This document shows, piece by piece, positions 62,124 through 64,000 of a DNA stretch of 64,000 bases; the stretch's first letter is position 1, and each line of letters starts with the position of its first letter. The notes beneath the pieces were generated by a model that was given only the letters and a program-made list of their open reading frames with translations, made no database searches and was not told the origin of the DNA. The translations under genes were made by a program, and so were the position numbers. This DNA comes from Squalus acanthias (Eukaryota): contig JASTWF010000328.1 of the NCBI GenBank assembly GCA_030390025.1, positions 62,001-126,000 on the forward strand. The letters are read 5' to 3'.

Positions 62124-62873
62124 ATGTTTGTCTGTTCTGTCTGTGGGAAAAGATTTCAAACATCAGTGTGACTGGAAAAGCACCGAGACACACACACCCG
62201 AGTGAGAGTGTTCCAGTGCACTGACTGTCGAAAGAGCTTTAACCAGTTACACAGCCTGAAAAAACATCGCACCATTCACAGCGGGGAGAAACCGTACACG
62301 TGTTGTGTGTGTGGACGAGGCTTTAACTGATCGTCCAACCTGGAGAGACAGAAGGACACCCGCACCACGGAGAAACCGTGGAAATGTGGGGACTGTGGGA
62401 AGGGATTCAGTTATCCATCCCAACTGGAAACTCATCGATGCAGTTACACTGGGGAGAGGCCGTTCACCTGCTCCGAGTGTGGGAAGGGATTCATTCGGTC
62501 ATCCCACCTGCTGACACACCAGCGAGTTCACACTGGGGAGAGACCGTTCAGTTGCTCTCACTGTGGGAAGAGGTTCAGGCAGTCATCTCACCTCATTGCA
62601 CACCAGCGAAATCACACTGGGGAGAGGCCGTTCACCTGCTCCGTGTGTGGGAAGGGATTCATTCGGTCATCCAACCTGCTGACACACCAGCAAGTTCACA
62701 CTGGGGAGATGCCATTCACCTGCTCCGTGTGTGGGAAGGGATTCACTCAGTCATCCAACCTGTTGGCACACCAGCGAGTTCACACTGGGGAGAGGCCGTT
62801 CACCTGCTCCGTGTGTGGGAAGGGATTCAATCAGTCATCCAACCTGCTGAGACACCAGCGAGTTCACAAGTGA
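62124..62873 (+). pseudogene. C2H2 zinc-finger gene ZNF-8: one continuous frame interrupted by two TGA
   Basis: ATG 62124, TGA 62169 and 62328, then open to 62873; ACG at 62367 where ZNF-6 has ATG. Confidence 0.75.
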
Positions 62874-63419
62874 CTGCAGAGGTTCGATTCTGCTGTTATT
62901 GCTGCTGTTAATCACATCCAGGACTGAACCATGTTCATTCTGAAAGTTGGGGTTTGTTTCTGCTGATATTAATAACCCCTATAACTGGGCTGGAGTTTAA
63001 TATTCTGGATATATAGCTGAGTGACTTGTCGGGGCTGCAGTGTTCGTTTAAGAACCGCTGTCTGATCTTTCCCCTTAATTTCTGATGAGAGTCCCTGAAT
63101 TATTTTACAATAAAATTATGAACTTTTACTTCAATCCTAAATTGATCTTTGGTACAAAATCTGCAATTCAGTGTCTGAAAGGTTTCACTGATTAACATCT
63201 CCAATTAGAAAGTGCTGATTAATCCTCGCTGACAATTCTTACTGACTTGCACATTACACACAGTGGCACCTCCATTATCCACCAGAAAGAAGGGGAATGG
63301 GAATTGGTGGAGAATCGAGAGTCCCCAAATGTTGCCCCTCCCGTCTGGTACAGCAATCCCCTCGGCACGGGAATGGAGACAAGTCCAGTTATAGTAACGG
63401 GATGAGTTAAAGGTATTTA

Positions 63420-63590
63420 CTCAGACGGGCGGAAGGTGGGAAGTGGTGTTCCACGGGGATCGGTGCTGGGACCACTGTTGTTCACCATTTATATCAATGA
63501 TTTGGACTTGGGAATCAGAGGTACAATTTCAAAATTTGCTGATGACACTAAATTGGGGGGTGTAGTTAATACTGAGGAAGACTGCGATAG
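63420..63590 (+). mobile_element. CR1 RT fragment
   Basis: GVPRGSVLGPLLFTIYINDLD...KFADDTKL. Confidence 0.85.
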
Positions 63591-64000
63591 CATCCTTGTA
63601 GAATTATTCAGTTGTGTTCAGTAAATAGCAGCATCTTTTAATTTGCTTTGACTGATCACATCACTATATAGTTATGTGAAAACAGAAATCATTAACAGCT
63701 CCCAATTTCAGAATTGTCAGATTCAAACTCAACTTCTTCCAAGTACAATCTAACATTTCAAAAATTGTAATGGATGTAGGCGAGATATTAGGACTGTTGT
63801 CTAACACAATCCAAACACAGTGACACACAGACCGATGGGCAGGTGCAGCTTCACAGCGAATCCTTTCAAGCCTCACTAAAAAGTGGCAGACTGGCAATCC
63901 ATTGTTCACTAATGGAGTTGTGATCTTTGTAAATTAAGAAAGGAAATGCATGGGAATGTGTCAAAAGAGTTGATTAACAGAGTGGGGCATCATCTCCCTT

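Noticed and set aside
63600..64000. 81-aa minus-strand ORF and surrounding unique sequence
   Set aside because: No recognisable motif or repeat; cannot be assigned from sequence alone.

Overview
Vertebrate genomic DNA, very probably from a shark or other cartilaginous fish (inferred from the SINE, CR1 and Penelope repertoire). The window is a cluster of eight KRAB-less, single-coding-exon C2H2 zinc-finger genes and pseudogenes. The cluster was built by tandem and inverted segmental duplication and is densely filled with CR1/L2 LINEs, tRNA-derived SINEs and short Penelope-like element (PLE) remnants carrying minimal hammerhead ribozyme (HHR) motifs. The standout feature is a 21.5-kb head-to-tail array of three full-length, young Tx1-clade non-LTR retrotransposons (28233-49776, minus strand). 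All three sit at the same nucleotide about 36 bp downstream of the hammerhead of a PLE terminal repeat. That PLE is itself inserted in a CR1, and an empty paralogous site is present in the window. Each Tx1 copy carries at its 5' end a 54-nt copy of the PLE target plus a flipped 5' half of the hammerhead, so each insertion rebuilds the target. This looks like a sequence-specific retrotransposon parasitising another retrotransposon's ribozyme-bearing repeat. Other observations: a CCAAT/GC-box promoter bracketed by 153-bp near-perfect inverted repeats, two ZNF paralogs sharing the same two in-frame TGA codons, and several insertions datable from empty paralogous sites. All coordinates were read by eye, and old-repeat boundaries are approximate.
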